Shown: positions 1-10,262 of the stretch, one piece after another
Position numbering within the stretch: the stretch's first letter is position 1
How the letters are laid out: each line of letters begins with the position of its first letter
Source of the DNA: Chiloscyllium plagiosum
Taxonomy: Eukaryota
NCBI RefSeq assembly: GCF_004010195.1
Contig: NC_057718.1
Location: 96,752,812 to 96,772,811, forward strand
Length of the DNA stretch: 20,000 bases
Reading direction: 5' to 3'
Notes under the pieces: model-generated
The model's input: only the letters and a program-made list of their open reading frames with translations
Databases searched by the model: none
Told to the model about the DNA's origin: nothing
Translations under genes and position numbers: made by a program

Positions 1-334
1 ATTGTCTCAGGAGCTTGTTTCTCCCCAACAATAGCAACATGATCCTAGCGCATGACACTCCAGACGCATTGTCTTCCCCATCTGTCTCCCACCTTCACTG
101 GCACTTGGCTATGGCAAGGAGTACCAGGAGCCAGCCAATGCCACCTGAATAATCTCAGAGTAGAAATCCCAGTACTAGGAAGTTTGAGTTGGAGATGTGG
201 ACTTCAAATACTCTGTTCCTGATGAGAACCAGGGGACAGGAGAGAGATGTGTATCATGAAAGTCTTTCCAGTGTGCCTTCGGGAAGGAAGATTGGCATTT
301 CTGTAGCACCCTTCACCACAATAGACAGCCAGAC

Positions 335-430
335 AGCAGTTTTACTGACAATGGCGTGCAATGTAGTAAAGGACAGCATAGCAAGATCCCACAAGTACTG
401 TGGTGAGAATGGCCAGATGCTCTGGGCTGA
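335..430 (-). mobile_element. Degraded Deu-domain SINE (SacSINE1/AmnSINE-like) fragment
   Basis: gcaagatcccacaa...tggccagat resembles the recalled reverse complement of the Deu-domain/3' region. Confidence 0.45.
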
Positions 431-734
431 ATCATATGTTTCCTTTTTTCTACCAAGTGTCAGTTTTGTCGAGGTTTATGGAGGATTTTTGCTCCCTGGG
501 TCCTCGCGGCCATCTGGCCTCGCTAACTATCGACCCTCCTCCTACAGCGCCCCCTCTTGTCCGACTACAGCCCTAATTTTGTCACTCTCCGCACCCAGAA
601 ACACTCACCCGTCGGCGACGTTCCAGAACGGACCAGCGTCCCCAGCATCAGCGCTAGCTTTAAAATCTCAATCAGGCAGTCAATCCAGGACTGCCCAGCA
701 TTGCTCTTGCCATTTGCCCTGGGGGCAAGAGAGA

Positions 735-1500
735 AGGGAAAATCAGTGCCTTGTATTTGTGGGCAGGGAGCTGGGGATCCTACTGGATGAGCCAGGGTGG
801 AGATGGAACATCCTCTTTCTCAGGACCAACAGAGGATGCCACAACCCCAGGCCATATCCACCAGGTCTGAGGCTTCCATCTGAGGCAGTGCACTCATAGG
901 AGTAGGAAGAAGGTCACTCTACCAGGCCACATGCCACCATTTTCTCTCCAATGCCCCACCCTCACTCTCTCTCTGATACTGTACCCTTCATCCACCCAGG
1001 CTCATGTTCTACCACTCTCATTATTGCCTGCAACATTTTTCATCACTGACCCCTCACGCATCACAAACCCCAACAGTACTGATCCTCTGCGCTCAAGATT
1101 AGAGTGTTGCTGGAAAAGCACAGCAGGTCAATCAGCATCCAAGGAGCAGGAAAATCGATATTTCAGGATTGAAGGGCTCCTGCCCGAAATGTTGATTCTC
1201 CTACTCCTCGGATGCTGCCTGACCTGCTGTGCTTTGCCAGCACCACTCTAATCTTGACTCTAATTTCCAGCATCTGCAGTCCTCACTTTCGCCTGATCCT
1301 CTGCGCTGTCCACTCACTCACTAGTGACAGCCCCCGACCCACCAAAAACAGCTGTGGCATCCACTTCCATCTCACTTTATACCTGCTTTTCCCTCAGTAC
1401 CAACAGGCCTACAATAGGGCAGACAGAGTCAAGATGGGAGGTGGGCTGCCTGACATTGGGCACCTCACACCCCTCCCATCCTGTCTCGGAATACCCTGAC
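735..1500 (+). pseudogene. Decayed PIF/Harbinger Myb/SANT-like (ORF2) gene remnant with probable intron
   Basis: Peptide FVGRELGILLDEPGWRWNILF (~750-825) resembles the Myb/SANT N-terminus (F..ELEVLLD.V..RR.VLF). After a ttttccctcag acceptor (~1397), AYNRADRVKMGGGLPDIGHLTP resembles the HNRRERxxTGGGxPDI motif. A C/T-rich spacer lies between them; frameshifts are present. Confidence 0.6.
1094..1292 (+). mobile_element. Penelope-like pLTR mini-insertion with inverted 5' copy, tail and 15-bp TSD
   Basis: Inverted arms ~1093-1168 and ~1183-1257; unpaired tail 1258-1292; direct repeat CTGATCCTCTGCGCT at 1079-1093 and 1293-1307. Confidence 0.85.
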
Positions 1501-1959
1501 TGACTGTGTCCAAGCCCCTGGCCTGGGATCAGAGACCGCCCTTTGGCATGGCCAGACAACGGAGCGTGGTATCTCTGGCTGAGGCGAAACATTACAAAAG
1601 GGCAAGATAAAACAGGGATGTTGAGAGCTCAAGGTGAATGAATTCTCTGAGAGTGAGTGAAGACCCAGAGATAGATTCTGATCTACCCACCATGAGCTGG
1701 GTGTGTGTCCCTGCGGGCACTGTGTTCTTGCTGCAACATGATAATGATAGATGCCAGTGCAGTCCAAGGTGCAGTATTGAAATGTAGAAGTATTCTGTAA
1801 GAAAGCCTAGCCGGTGCAGGGAGGAGCGAGCCCTCTTGGAAAGGGCCCAGCTTGGAGCGACTGTGGGCCCACGGATTAAGAAAGTTCTGTAACGCTTGAT
1901 GTATTAACTTTATTTCTTTAACTTCTATTTCTAAGAAGACTGAAATTTTTTAAAAAGAA

Positions 1960-2289
1960 TTAGAATCCCTACAATGTGGACACAGGCCCTTTGGCCCAAC
2001 AAGTCCACACTGACCCTCCAAAGAGTAACCCACCCAGATCCATTTCCCAACCCTACATTTACCCCTGGCTAAGCACCTAGCCTACACACCCCTGAACACT
2101 GTGGGCAATTTAACACGGCCAATTCACCCTAACATGCACATCGTTGTGATTGTGGGATGAAACCAGAGCACCCGGAGGAAACCCATGCAGACACGGGGAG
2201 AACACGCAAACTCCACACAGATAGTCACCCAAGGATGGAATTGAACTCAGGTCTCTGGCACTGTGAGGCAGCAGTGCTAACCACTAACC
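1960..2289 (-). mobile_element. HE1-type V-SINE
   Basis: Contains ggccaattcacc...ggaggaaaccca...aaactccacacag...ctgtgaggcagcagtgctaacc, the reverse complement of the tRNA head and V-domain. Confidence 0.9.
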
Positions 2290-2395
2290 TTTTTCTACTT
2301 ATGTAACAAAGAAATTGTTCCCAGGTATTTTGCACTTAAGATGACACCGTGTCTGGTAAAATTGTGCACTTTTCACTGCACACTTGTAGCCCCCA

Positions 2396-2608
2396 TGCAG
2401 CTCGTTCTGCTGTAACGAGCGTTTCATTAATGCGAATTTGTTGTAACGCGATCAATGAATTGGGGACACTGTTGACAAAGTGTGAACTTTTAAAAGGTGT
2501 GCTGGCTGTAACTCAATTACATCACCAACACTTTAAGCATTGTTTCTAAAGCGTGATTTTTCTATAATGCACAAGAACACAACCATCGCGCTACGGAAGA
2601 ACTACCTA
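2396..2608. mobile_element. Tc1/mariner (Tigger-like) MITE inserted in a LINE-like 3' tail
   Basis: Imperfect terminal inverted repeats: cagctcgttctgctgtaacg versus the reverse complement aggtagttcttccgtagcg. The flanking tail ends in caataaaacctaaatctaaatctaaa (~2626-2651). Confidence 0.5.
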
Positions 2609-2685
2609 GACTTTAGTACATGTGGCAATAAAACCTAAATCTAAATCTAAAGTGGATCAGAGACATGCCACAGGGACCTAAGAGA

Positions 2686-3020
2686 GACAAGCAGGAGGCT
2701 GGAAGAAAACAGCAAACATCAGGAGGTGGAGAAGTCAACGTTTCGGGTGTAACCCTTCTTCACAACAACGCTGTGAGCTCCTCAGCCTTCCAGCTCTTTG
2801 GCCACACGATGTACCCTCCTGCTTGTCCACCTTGGATTCCAGCAACTGCAGTTTTTTTTTTGTCTCTGATAAGGGTTCTCAGAGGCTGGCATATGTCAGA
2901 TGCCGATCTCCATGAACATGGGATGCATGTGGCTAGTGCCCATGGTAGACAGGCAGGAGGCTGGAAGCCAGGCAGCATCATGGGGTGCAGAAGTCAACGT
3001 TTTGGGTGTAACCTTTACGT
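2686..3020. mobile_element. Two degraded Penelope-like pLTR fragments
   Basis: Inverted repeat gacaagcaggagg (2686-2698) / cctcctgcttgtc (2815-2827) followed by a ttccagcaactgcag tail. The motif acgtttcgggtgtaacccttcttc is a broken hammerhead core; a second copy lies at ~2946-3018. Confidence 0.65.
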
Positions 3021-3367
3021 GAGATGTTGCTGTCCAACATGGAGGTTCTTCACAAACATCAGCGAAGTCAACAAGAACTCGTTCTGACATCCATGCGGTG
3101 AATTCTCAGACTCCCTGGTTAGTCTTGCACATTAATGAGGCACGGTGTACAGTTTATAAGGTCATTAACAAACAATAACCCCCCCCCCCCCCCCCCCCAA
3201 CCCCGGTAAGCAATTCATCATGGCCCAGAGAGAATCCATGCTGGGAACTTAGTTCCAAGATGCAACAAATTGCCCCCAGCCTCGCTGTACACCTCATGTG
3301 GTTCTACCAGATTTCTCACCATAGCCCACAGAGGTCAGGCCCCTATAAGATTCTGCCCTCTTTTGTT

Positions 3368-3698
3368 CTTAATATTCATTCATGGGATGCGGGCCATCAC
3401 TGGCTAGGCTAACAGTTATTGCCCATTCCTAATTGCCCAGAAGCAGTTCAAAGTCAACCACATTGCCGTGGGTCTGGAGTCACACGTAGGCCAGACCAGG
3501 TAAGGATGGCAGCTTCCTTGCCTGAAGGACATGAGTGAACTAGATGTGTTTTCCCCCGACAATTGACAATGGATTCATGGTTATCATTAGACACTTAATT
3601 CCAGTCTTCTTTTTTTTATTGGATTCAAATTCCGCCATTTGCTGTGGCGGGATTCGAACCTCGGTCCCCAGAACATTATTTGGGTCTCTGAATGAATT
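3368..3698 (-). mobile_element. Elasmobranch tRNA-derived SINE (second family, LINE-derived tail)
   Basis: gtcaaccacattgc...ggccagaccaggtaaggatggcag...gggattcgaacc. Similar to 12185-12505, 16570-16830 and 17840-18195. Confidence 0.85.
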
Positions 3699-3818
3699 AG
3701 AGAAAGGGAGGATTGCAAATGCTGGAACTCAGAGTCATAAAGTGTGGCGCTGGAGAAGCACAGTAGGTCAGGCAGCATCTGAGGAGCAGAAGAGCTGACA
3801 TTTGGGCATAGGCCCAAT
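3699..3818 (-). mobile_element. Penelope-like pLTR fragment
   Basis: gctggagaagcacagtaggtcaggcagcatctgaggagcag is homologous to 1107-1150 and 11311-11355. Confidence 0.75.
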
Positions 3819-4539
3819 GAATAATCCAGCAACAATGCCATTTGGCCATCACCACCCCTTCAGCAGTGTTGAATTTTGACACAAGGCAGTCTGAAGACTC
3901 AATATGCAGATGGCTTGTAATATTACAGACTGATTGTCATCAATCTATCGCAGTCAAAATATTTTTTAAAAATACCATTTTATTGTAATATTGAGGTCGA
4001 ACATTGTTAATTATTTATGAGGGAATTCAACAGACATGGCGTATTCCAAAACCCTGATGTTTCGCAAGCTTTCCTAATGACAGTGTGACAAAGCTTCAAG
4101 ACGGTCTGAATGGATCCGAATGTGATTGATGGCTTTTTAATAACTGACAATGATTCGGAGTCGAAGTTATTATAACATTCTCACTGATGCAATACTTTGT
4201 CAGATGAAGCAATAGGAATGAATTTCCCAATGTCGGTTTGTACTCCAGCTTGTGAAGCAGATCTTTTTCCATTACATTCTGACTAGACACTCAGGAAAAA
4301 TCTGCAGCTGTTCTATTCCATGGAACATATGTAAAAGATGTTTTTCAAAACTGTAAAAATGGGGTGAATTTAGTGCAGACGTGATGGATATCTTTCTCTC
4401 TGAATTTTAACACCAGTTGTGTCCCATACCTACGAGACACAGAATGCTGAGTTTATGACTGCAATTACATTTTGACTTCAGTTATTTCATACAGACACAA
4501 GTAGTCCTTCTACTGTTTGAAATAACTCAATGACATTGC

Positions 4540-4712
4540 CGCTGATCTGAATCTTAAAACCCGCCTCAGTTCTGTGAGCCTTAATACCCTGATGAAGACA
4601 GAGCAGCGTCTGAAAGCTTGTGATTTCAAATGAACCTGTCGGACTATACCCTAGTGTTGTGTGACTTCTGACCTTGTCCAGCCCCGTCCAACACCGGCAC
4701 GTCCACATCATG
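4540..4712 (+). mobile_element. Penelope-like pLTR (same family as 5631-5787) with degenerate hammerhead core at 4589-4619
   Basis: CTGATGA-AGAC-agagcagc-GTCT-GAAAG-CTT, followed by cctgtcggactata...gtgttgtgtga...tccaacaccggcac, the reverse complement of 5640-5706. Confidence 0.75.
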
Positions 4713-5071
4713 ACCTTGTTAGACCCTTCCATAACAAAAAGCCACCCATCACAGTCCTGAAATTTTCAATCGACCCTCCAGCCTGAGTAGTTATTTCTGT
4801 TTTGTCAGAGAAAATTCCAGAATTCCCTCCAGGTGAAAAAACGTTTTTGCAAAGATGCGATATTGGAAATTACACAAGCGCAAGCATTGACCAGCAAATG
4901 GAGAGACCTCTGAACCTGTGCATTATTATGGACTGAAGTAAAGAAATTAAAAAGAAAGGGTTGAGTTAAATCAGCTTATACAATTCCACAGATCAATAAA
5001 CATAGGAATGTAGAAAATTGGAATAGGAGGCATTCAGCCCTTTGAGCGTGCTCTGGCATTCAGTATAATTA

Positions 5072-5346
5072 GGTTCCCTACAGTGTGGAAACAGACCCTT
5101 CAGCCCAACCAGTCCTCCGAATAGTAACCCACCCAGACCCATTTCCCTCTGACTAATGCACCTAACACCATGGGCAATTTAGAGTGGCCAATTCACCTGA
5201 CCTGGGACTGTGGGAGGAAACTGGAGCACCGAGAGGAAACCCACACAGACACGGGGAGAACGTGCAAACTCCACACAGTCACCCGAGGCTGGAATCGAAC
5301 CTGGGACGCTGGTGTTTTGAGGCAGCAGTGCTAACCACTGATCCAC
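5072..5346 (-). mobile_element. HE1-type V-SINE
   Basis: Same V-SINE motifs as 1960-2289. Confidence 0.9.
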
Positions 5347-5630
5347 TAAACTCACTATGTTCCCAATTTCTCCATATGCCCTTTAACCCTAATATATATC
5401 TAAGTCCTTCTTGAAAGCATTCAATGTTTTAGCCTCAACTGCTTTCTGTAGCAGAGAATTCCACAGGCTCCCCACTCTCTGGGTAAAGAAATTTCTCCTC
5501 ATCCCAGTCCTGAATGGCCCACACCGTATCATTGGAATGTGATCCCTGGTTCTGGACTCACTGCTCTTTAGGAACATCCTTGTAATTTCAATGGAATCCC
5601 CACTCATTCTTCTAAACTTCAGTGAATATA

Positions 5631-5787
5631 TGACTTGGAGGTGCCGGTGTTGGACTGGGGTGGTCAAAGTTACAAATCACACAACACCAGATTATAGTCC
5701 AACAGGTTGATTTGGAGGCACTAGCTTTCGGAGCGTCACTCCCTCATCAGGTAGTTGGACTAAACCTGGTGTTGTGTGATTTTTAAC
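5631..5787 (-). mobile_element. Penelope-like pLTR mini-insertion with inverted segment and 12-bp TSD
   Basis: TSD TCAGTGAATATA at 5619-5630 and 5788-5799; 5754-5787 is an inverted copy of ~5668-5703; tail 5631-5667. Confidence 0.85.
5722..5750 (-). ncRNA. Minimal type I hammerhead ribozyme motif
   Basis: Minus strand reads uac-CUGAUGA-G-GGAG-ugacg-CUCC-GAAAG-CUA-gug: intact core, stem II, palindromic AGCU helix III and a 3-bp stem I. Confidence 0.75.
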
Positions 5788-6139
5788 TCAGTGAATATAA
5801 TCCTAACTGATCCAGTCTCTCTTCATGCATCAGTCCTACCACCCCAGGAATCAGTCTGGTAAAAATTCACTGCCCTCCCCCTGTAGCCAGAACATCCTTC
5901 TTCTGATGAGGAAACCAAAACTGATCACAATATTCTAGGTGCACACAATACTCCAGGTGTGGACGACAAAGTGTGCATTAAAGTTAAATTCTGAAGCTGC
6001 AATCATATTTTGTATGTTTGTTATTATCTAAGTGCCATATTGAATGACACAGGTGATCATGAGTTTCCAAGCATTCTTCTCACAGCAACAGTGAAGACCT
6101 CATTATTGGATGTCTGCATTAAGCGGGTCTTTCATCCTA

Positions 6140-6490
6140 AACCATGTGGACAGAACAGACAAGGAGAAATTGTTCCCGCTTGTGAAAGGATCAAGAATGA
6201 GAGAGTACAACATTAAATTAAATGACAAAAAGAAGCAAACACAATACCAGGAATGGTACTTATCAAATATTATCAAACACTTGCATTTATCAAGTAGTTA
6301 TCGATGGAATGCACTGCCTGGGAGTCTGGTAGAGGTCTGGTTCAATAATGCATTCAAAAGGAAGTTAGACCTAGGAATGTCGGGCAGAACTACAGGGAGA
6401 ATGGCACAAAGTGATTTGTTCCTTTGGAGAACCAGCACTGAAATGGTGGGTTGAATGGCTTTTGGCTGCGCTGTGATAACTCTGAGATTT
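6140..6490 (+). mobile_element. Degraded CR1-like LINE 3' fragment
   Basis: DRTDKEKLFPLVKGSRMR...WNALPGSLVE...FKRKLD, followed by a ggttgaatggc tail. Confidence 0.75.
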
Positions 6491-6828
6491 TGTCAAGGTG
6501 TTTCCTTCACAGTCAACCTTTAGCTTTGCTTCCATTATTCCCTTCCATTGGGTCAATTTGGTTCCAGTCCTTTTGTGCAGAAAACAGTCTGAAGAAGTCC
6601 ATCCTTCTTCTTTTGAGAGTACCTAAGGGTTTCCTCATCCTTCAAACCTCGTTCAGTACTTTGTCACTCTTTTTTATCGACCCACTTTATCCTTAGAATG
6701 CAAATCAGGAAAAGGGACCAAACAAAGGATAAGGTTGATAGGAAGCTTACTTTTCGAAGAACTCAACTGCTTGCTGAATCTCATTGAGTTTGTATTTTGG
6801 ATATGTCAACCCTTAAGCCATAGAAGAG

Positions 6829-6942
6829 GGTTCATGTGACACATGGTAATGTCTATATGTCTGATCTAGGAGGCCCGGGTTGAAGGCCCATCTGCTTCAT
6901 AGGTGCGTAATATCTCTGAACAAGGTGATGAGAAAATATCTC
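6829..6942 (+). mobile_element. Short tRNA-derived SINE (same family as the 9724-10262 cluster)
   Basis: ggaggcccgggttgaaggccc...tctctgaacaaggtgatgagaaaatatc matches the cluster copies. Confidence 0.6.
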
Positions 6943-6975
6943 AAACACTACAGGTATTCTCTGATACGTATTCAC

Positions 6976-7262
6976 TTTAGATTAGATTCTCTACAGTATG
7001 GAAACAGGCCATTTGGTCTTACAAGTCCACACCAACCCTCCAAAGACTAACCCACTGCCCCCCCCCCCCCCCCCCCAACTAATGCGCCTAACACTATGGG
7101 CAATTTTCCATGGCCAATTCACCTGCACATCTTTGAATTGCAGGAGGAAACCCACACAGCCATGGGGAGAAAGTGCAAACTCCACACAGACACTCACCCA
7201 AGGCTAGAATCGAACCTAGGTCCCTGGCATTGTGAGGCAGCAGTACTAACCACTGAGCCACA
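6976..7262 (-). mobile_element. HE1-type V-SINE containing a poly-C run
   Basis: V-SINE motifs; (ttaga)n tail at the left end. Confidence 0.9.
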
Positions 7263-7504
7263 GATTAGAAAATATGTGTGAGCATGTGCACAAATTAAGG
7301 ACTATGTTTCCAACTTTTGACTGTCAATTAATTCAGTGATTTTAAAAAAAATTCCTGATACTGCCTGTCAAAACGAGCTCAGCATACCAATATCCCAAAG
7401 TTATGCAGGGACATGTATCTGGCAGAGATTTTTGAGCAGGTAAGACAGTCAATCTCCTGTAACTAAGTGCAAGCATCTGAATTATGACAATAATTGCATT
7501 ATTG

Positions 7505-7569
7505 ATCGAACCCAGGTCCCTGGCGCTGTGAGGCAGCAACGCGAACTATTGAGCCATTGCGCCACCCCC
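7505..7569 (-). mobile_element. HE1 SINE 5' head fragment
   Basis: atcgaacccaggtccctggcgctgtgaggcagc. Confidence 0.75.
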
Positions 7570-7572
7570 AGT

Positions 7573-7760
7573 GGAGAGTGGTTAGCTCAGTTGGCAATGC
7601 ATTGTGGGTTAATTCTGGCACTGGCTGAGATTACCATGAAGGACTTTTCTTCTTAGTCTCTCCCCTTGCCTGAGGTGTGGTGAACCTCAGATTAAACCAC
7701 CACCAGTTGTCTCTCTAATGTAGTTCAGTGGTCCTGTAAGACTATGGCGACTTTACATTT
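7573..7760 (+). mobile_element. tRNA-derived SINE (third family)
   Basis: A-box-like ggttagctcagttgg, then ccttgcctgaggtgtggtgaacctcag...gactatggcgactttac, recalled as a shark SINE body. Confidence 0.55.
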
Positions 7761-8149
7761 ATCGATGAAGTACATAGTTAGTTAAAGCATTTTAACGTAC
7801 GTTGTGACCACAGGAATAATGGGACTAGAGAAAGAGAGGGCACTCCTCCAACTACAATCATAATATCACTGTCATCAGCAATGAGTTGCTAAAGAATATG
7901 ATTGTCCACCTAGGAAATTCCAGATGTCACTGGTCATAGGTTTTTTTTAGATCAGATTAGATTAGATTCTCTACAGTAAGGAAAAAGGCCCTTCGGCCCA
8001 ACAAGTCCACACCAACCCTCCAAAGAGTAACCCACCCAGACCCATTCCCCTACATTTATCCCTGGCTAATGCACCTAACACTGTGGGCAATTTAGCATGG
8101 CCAATCCATGGATGTAGGTTTGCTCGCTGAGCTGGAAGGTTCATTTCCA

Positions 8150-8183
8150 GATGTTTCGTTACCCTACTAGGTAACATCTTCAG
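8150..8183 (-). ncRNA. Hammerhead ribozyme motif (inverted copy)
   Basis: cca-CUGAAGA-U-GUUACC-uaguag-GGUAAC-GAAAC-AUC-ugg. Confidence 0.65.
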
Positions 8184-8647
8184 TGGGCCTCAGGTGAAGC
8201 AATGCTGAACATTCCTACTTTCTATTTATATGCTTGGGTTTCTTTGGATTGGTAATGTTATTTCCTGTGGTGATGTTATTTCCTGTGGTGAAGTCACTTC
8301 CTGTTCCTTTTCTCAGGGGATGGTAGATGAGGTCTAACTCGATGTGTTTGTTGATAGAGTTTTGATTGGAATGCCATGCTTCTAGGAATTCTCATCCATG
8401 TTTTTGTTTGGCTTGTCCTAGGATGGATGTGTTGTCCCAGTCGAGGTGGTGTCCTTCGTCATCCATATGTGAGGATACTAGTGACAGAGGGTCATGTCTT
8501 TAGTTAGACCCCATCTACCATCCCCTGAGTAAAGGTACAGGAAGTGACTTCACCACAGGAAATAACATCACCACAGGAAATTACGTCACCAACCCAAACA
8601 TATAAACAGAAAGCAGGAATGTTCAGCATTCCTTCGCCTGAGGCCCA

Positions 8648-8680
8648 CTGAAGATGTTACCTAGTAAGTAACGAAACATC
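8648..8680 (+). ncRNA. Hammerhead ribozyme motif (direct copy)
   Basis: cca-CUGAAGA-U-GUUAC-cuaguaa-GUAAC-GAAAC-AUC-ugg; helix III is ACAU rather than the palindromic ACGU. Confidence 0.65.
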
Positions 8681-9223
8681 TGGAAATGAACCTTGCAGCT
8701 CAGCAAGCAAACCTACATCCAAAGCCTCAACCTGAGCTACAAATCTTCTCAAAACTCACTATGGCCAATTCACCCAACCTGCACATCTTTGGACTGTGGG
8801 AGGAAACCCACACAGTCACAGGGAAAATGTGCAAACTCCACACAGACAGTCGTCCAAGGCCAGCATTGAACCCCAAGTCCCTGGTGCTGTGAGGCAGCAG
8901 TGCTAACCACTGAGCTACCATGCTGCCCATTAGGTTCTGTGGGTCCTAGTGTGACTGATGAGCCCAATCCTACAGCCACATCTCTGACATTAATTGTAAC
9001 AATAGTGACACTGAATAGTGGGGCTAAGTGATTTGCATCTGTTTCTAATTACCTCTTTGTGTGTTTAACCAACACGAGAATATACCAGTAAACAACATGT
9101 GAATTGACGTTAATTTATATTCCACCATAATGACCTCCACAATACTCAGTTCGATTGGAATTGCATCCTTGGTGGTGGCTAAGTGAGTGTAGACTCAATA
9201 GGAATGAGGGGTTACTGGGGATC

Positions 9224-9610
9224 TGTCATGACCAGGCCGTGAGAAATGTTCCTCAATCATTATGGCTCTAGATGGGATATCCCAAATGGCTAAGTTCCTG
9301 GGTGGGGAAGGACAAACTGATTCAACTTTCTTTAATCATACGGCCCTCTGTTGTTTGCACCAATGTTAATTTAAAAAGGATTCTCTTCACAGTGGACATT
9401 TTTCTCCCTGACCCATATTGACTCATACTTTAATAAGACTCAGTTTAACCAGGCTTTGTTGAATTAACACCAAAGAGTAAGTTTATTAGTTACGAAATAC
9501 AAGGAGAATTAATTATATAAAACGTACACACACAGATTAGAAATAAGAGGTGAATGCAAAAAGATAAAAGTTTTTAAAATCCTGTAAAGTCTGTGAATTG
9601 TTCGCAGTGG
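9224..9610 (-). mobile_element. Possible LTR remnant
   Basis: Starts with TGTCATGA, has a minus-strand AATAAA (~9482-9487) and an LTR-like composition; the other terminus was not found. Confidence 0.35.
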
Positions 9611-9723
9611 TCCAAATCAACACCCAGGTTTAACCAATCAAGCACAATGAGCATCAATCAGTTGCCAGCCTCAACTAATTGGGCACAGAACAATTAAACA
9701 GTCAACACAGCACTCCTTTCCCT

Positions 9724-10262
9724 GGCCCTCTTGTGGTGCAGTGGTAGTTACCCTACCTCTGGACTGAGAGGCCTGTGTTCAAGTCAAACCTGCTCTGGAG
9801 GTATGTAAAAACATCTCTGAACAGGTTGATAAGAAAAATTAGGTTAAGTGCTCGAAAGAGAGCAGTGTCCCTTCCTCTGAGCCAAGGTGTGAGTTGAATT
9901 ATTGAACTTGATTGAAAAGCATTCTTGGAGTATCTTAGATTAAAGGATATTCAAGATAATAAGAGTATTAAATTAAAAGAATCAACAGGGTAAATTGAGA
10001 AAAGTTATTTTCAAAAATTGAACACTCAAAAAGGGGCTCTTGTTGTGCAGTGGTAGTGCCCATACCTTTGGACCAGGAGTCCTGGGTCCAAATCCCACTT
10101 TCTTCCATTGGATTGTAACAACATCACTGAACAGGTTGATTAGAGAAAATCTTAAATTTTCCCCATAGTGATAGTCTCACTGTTTCTGAGCGAGGAGTCC
10201 TGAGTTCAAGTTTCACCAGTCTCCAGAGACATATAACAACAGGTTGATTACAAAATATCTTT
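9724..10262 (+). mobile_element. Cluster of 3-4 co-oriented short tRNA-derived SINEs
   Basis: Copies at ~9724-9839, ~9855-9900 (partial), ~10032-10152 and ~10160-10262. A-box tggtgcagtggtag, B-box g(g)ttcaagtc, shared end aacaggttgat.a.aaaa. Confidence 0.75.

Larger units (their letters stand above)
5000..5962 (-). mobile_element. CR1-like LINE 3' fragment, interrupted by an HE1 SINE and a Penelope pLTR
   Basis: Peptide GPFRTGMRRNFFTQRVGSLWNSLLQKAVEAKTLNAFKKDLD is the CR1 ORF2 C-terminus; the tail lies at ~5000-5070. Confidence 0.85.
8109..8760. mobile_element. Penelope-like element fragment with inverted duplication and GIY-YIG C-terminal coding remnant
   Basis: Inverted arms 8109-8339 and 8502-8721; tail 8722-8760. 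The minus-strand peptide RHDPLSLVSSHMDDEGHHLDWDNTSILGQAKQKHG*EFLEAWHSNQNSINKHIELD is typical of the PLE endonuclease C-terminus. Confidence 0.88.
7950..8929 (-). mobile_element. HE1-type V-SINE split by a Penelope insertion (parts 7950-8108 and 8761-8929)
   Basis: The two halves rejoin at the duplicated ATGGCCAAT(C/T)CA (8097-8108 and 8761-8772). Confidence 0.9.

Noticed and set aside
189..899. 236-aa ORF
   Set aside because: Non-ATG start; it crosses SINE and Harbinger remnants, and only the last part resembles a transposon protein.
3179..3198. Poly-C run (also ~7058-7076) as a G-quadruplex element
   Set aside because: Simple homopolymers, prone to sequencing error, with no supporting context.
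9724..9800. tRNA gene
   Set aside because: A/B boxes are present but there is no intact cloverleaf; it is a SINE head.
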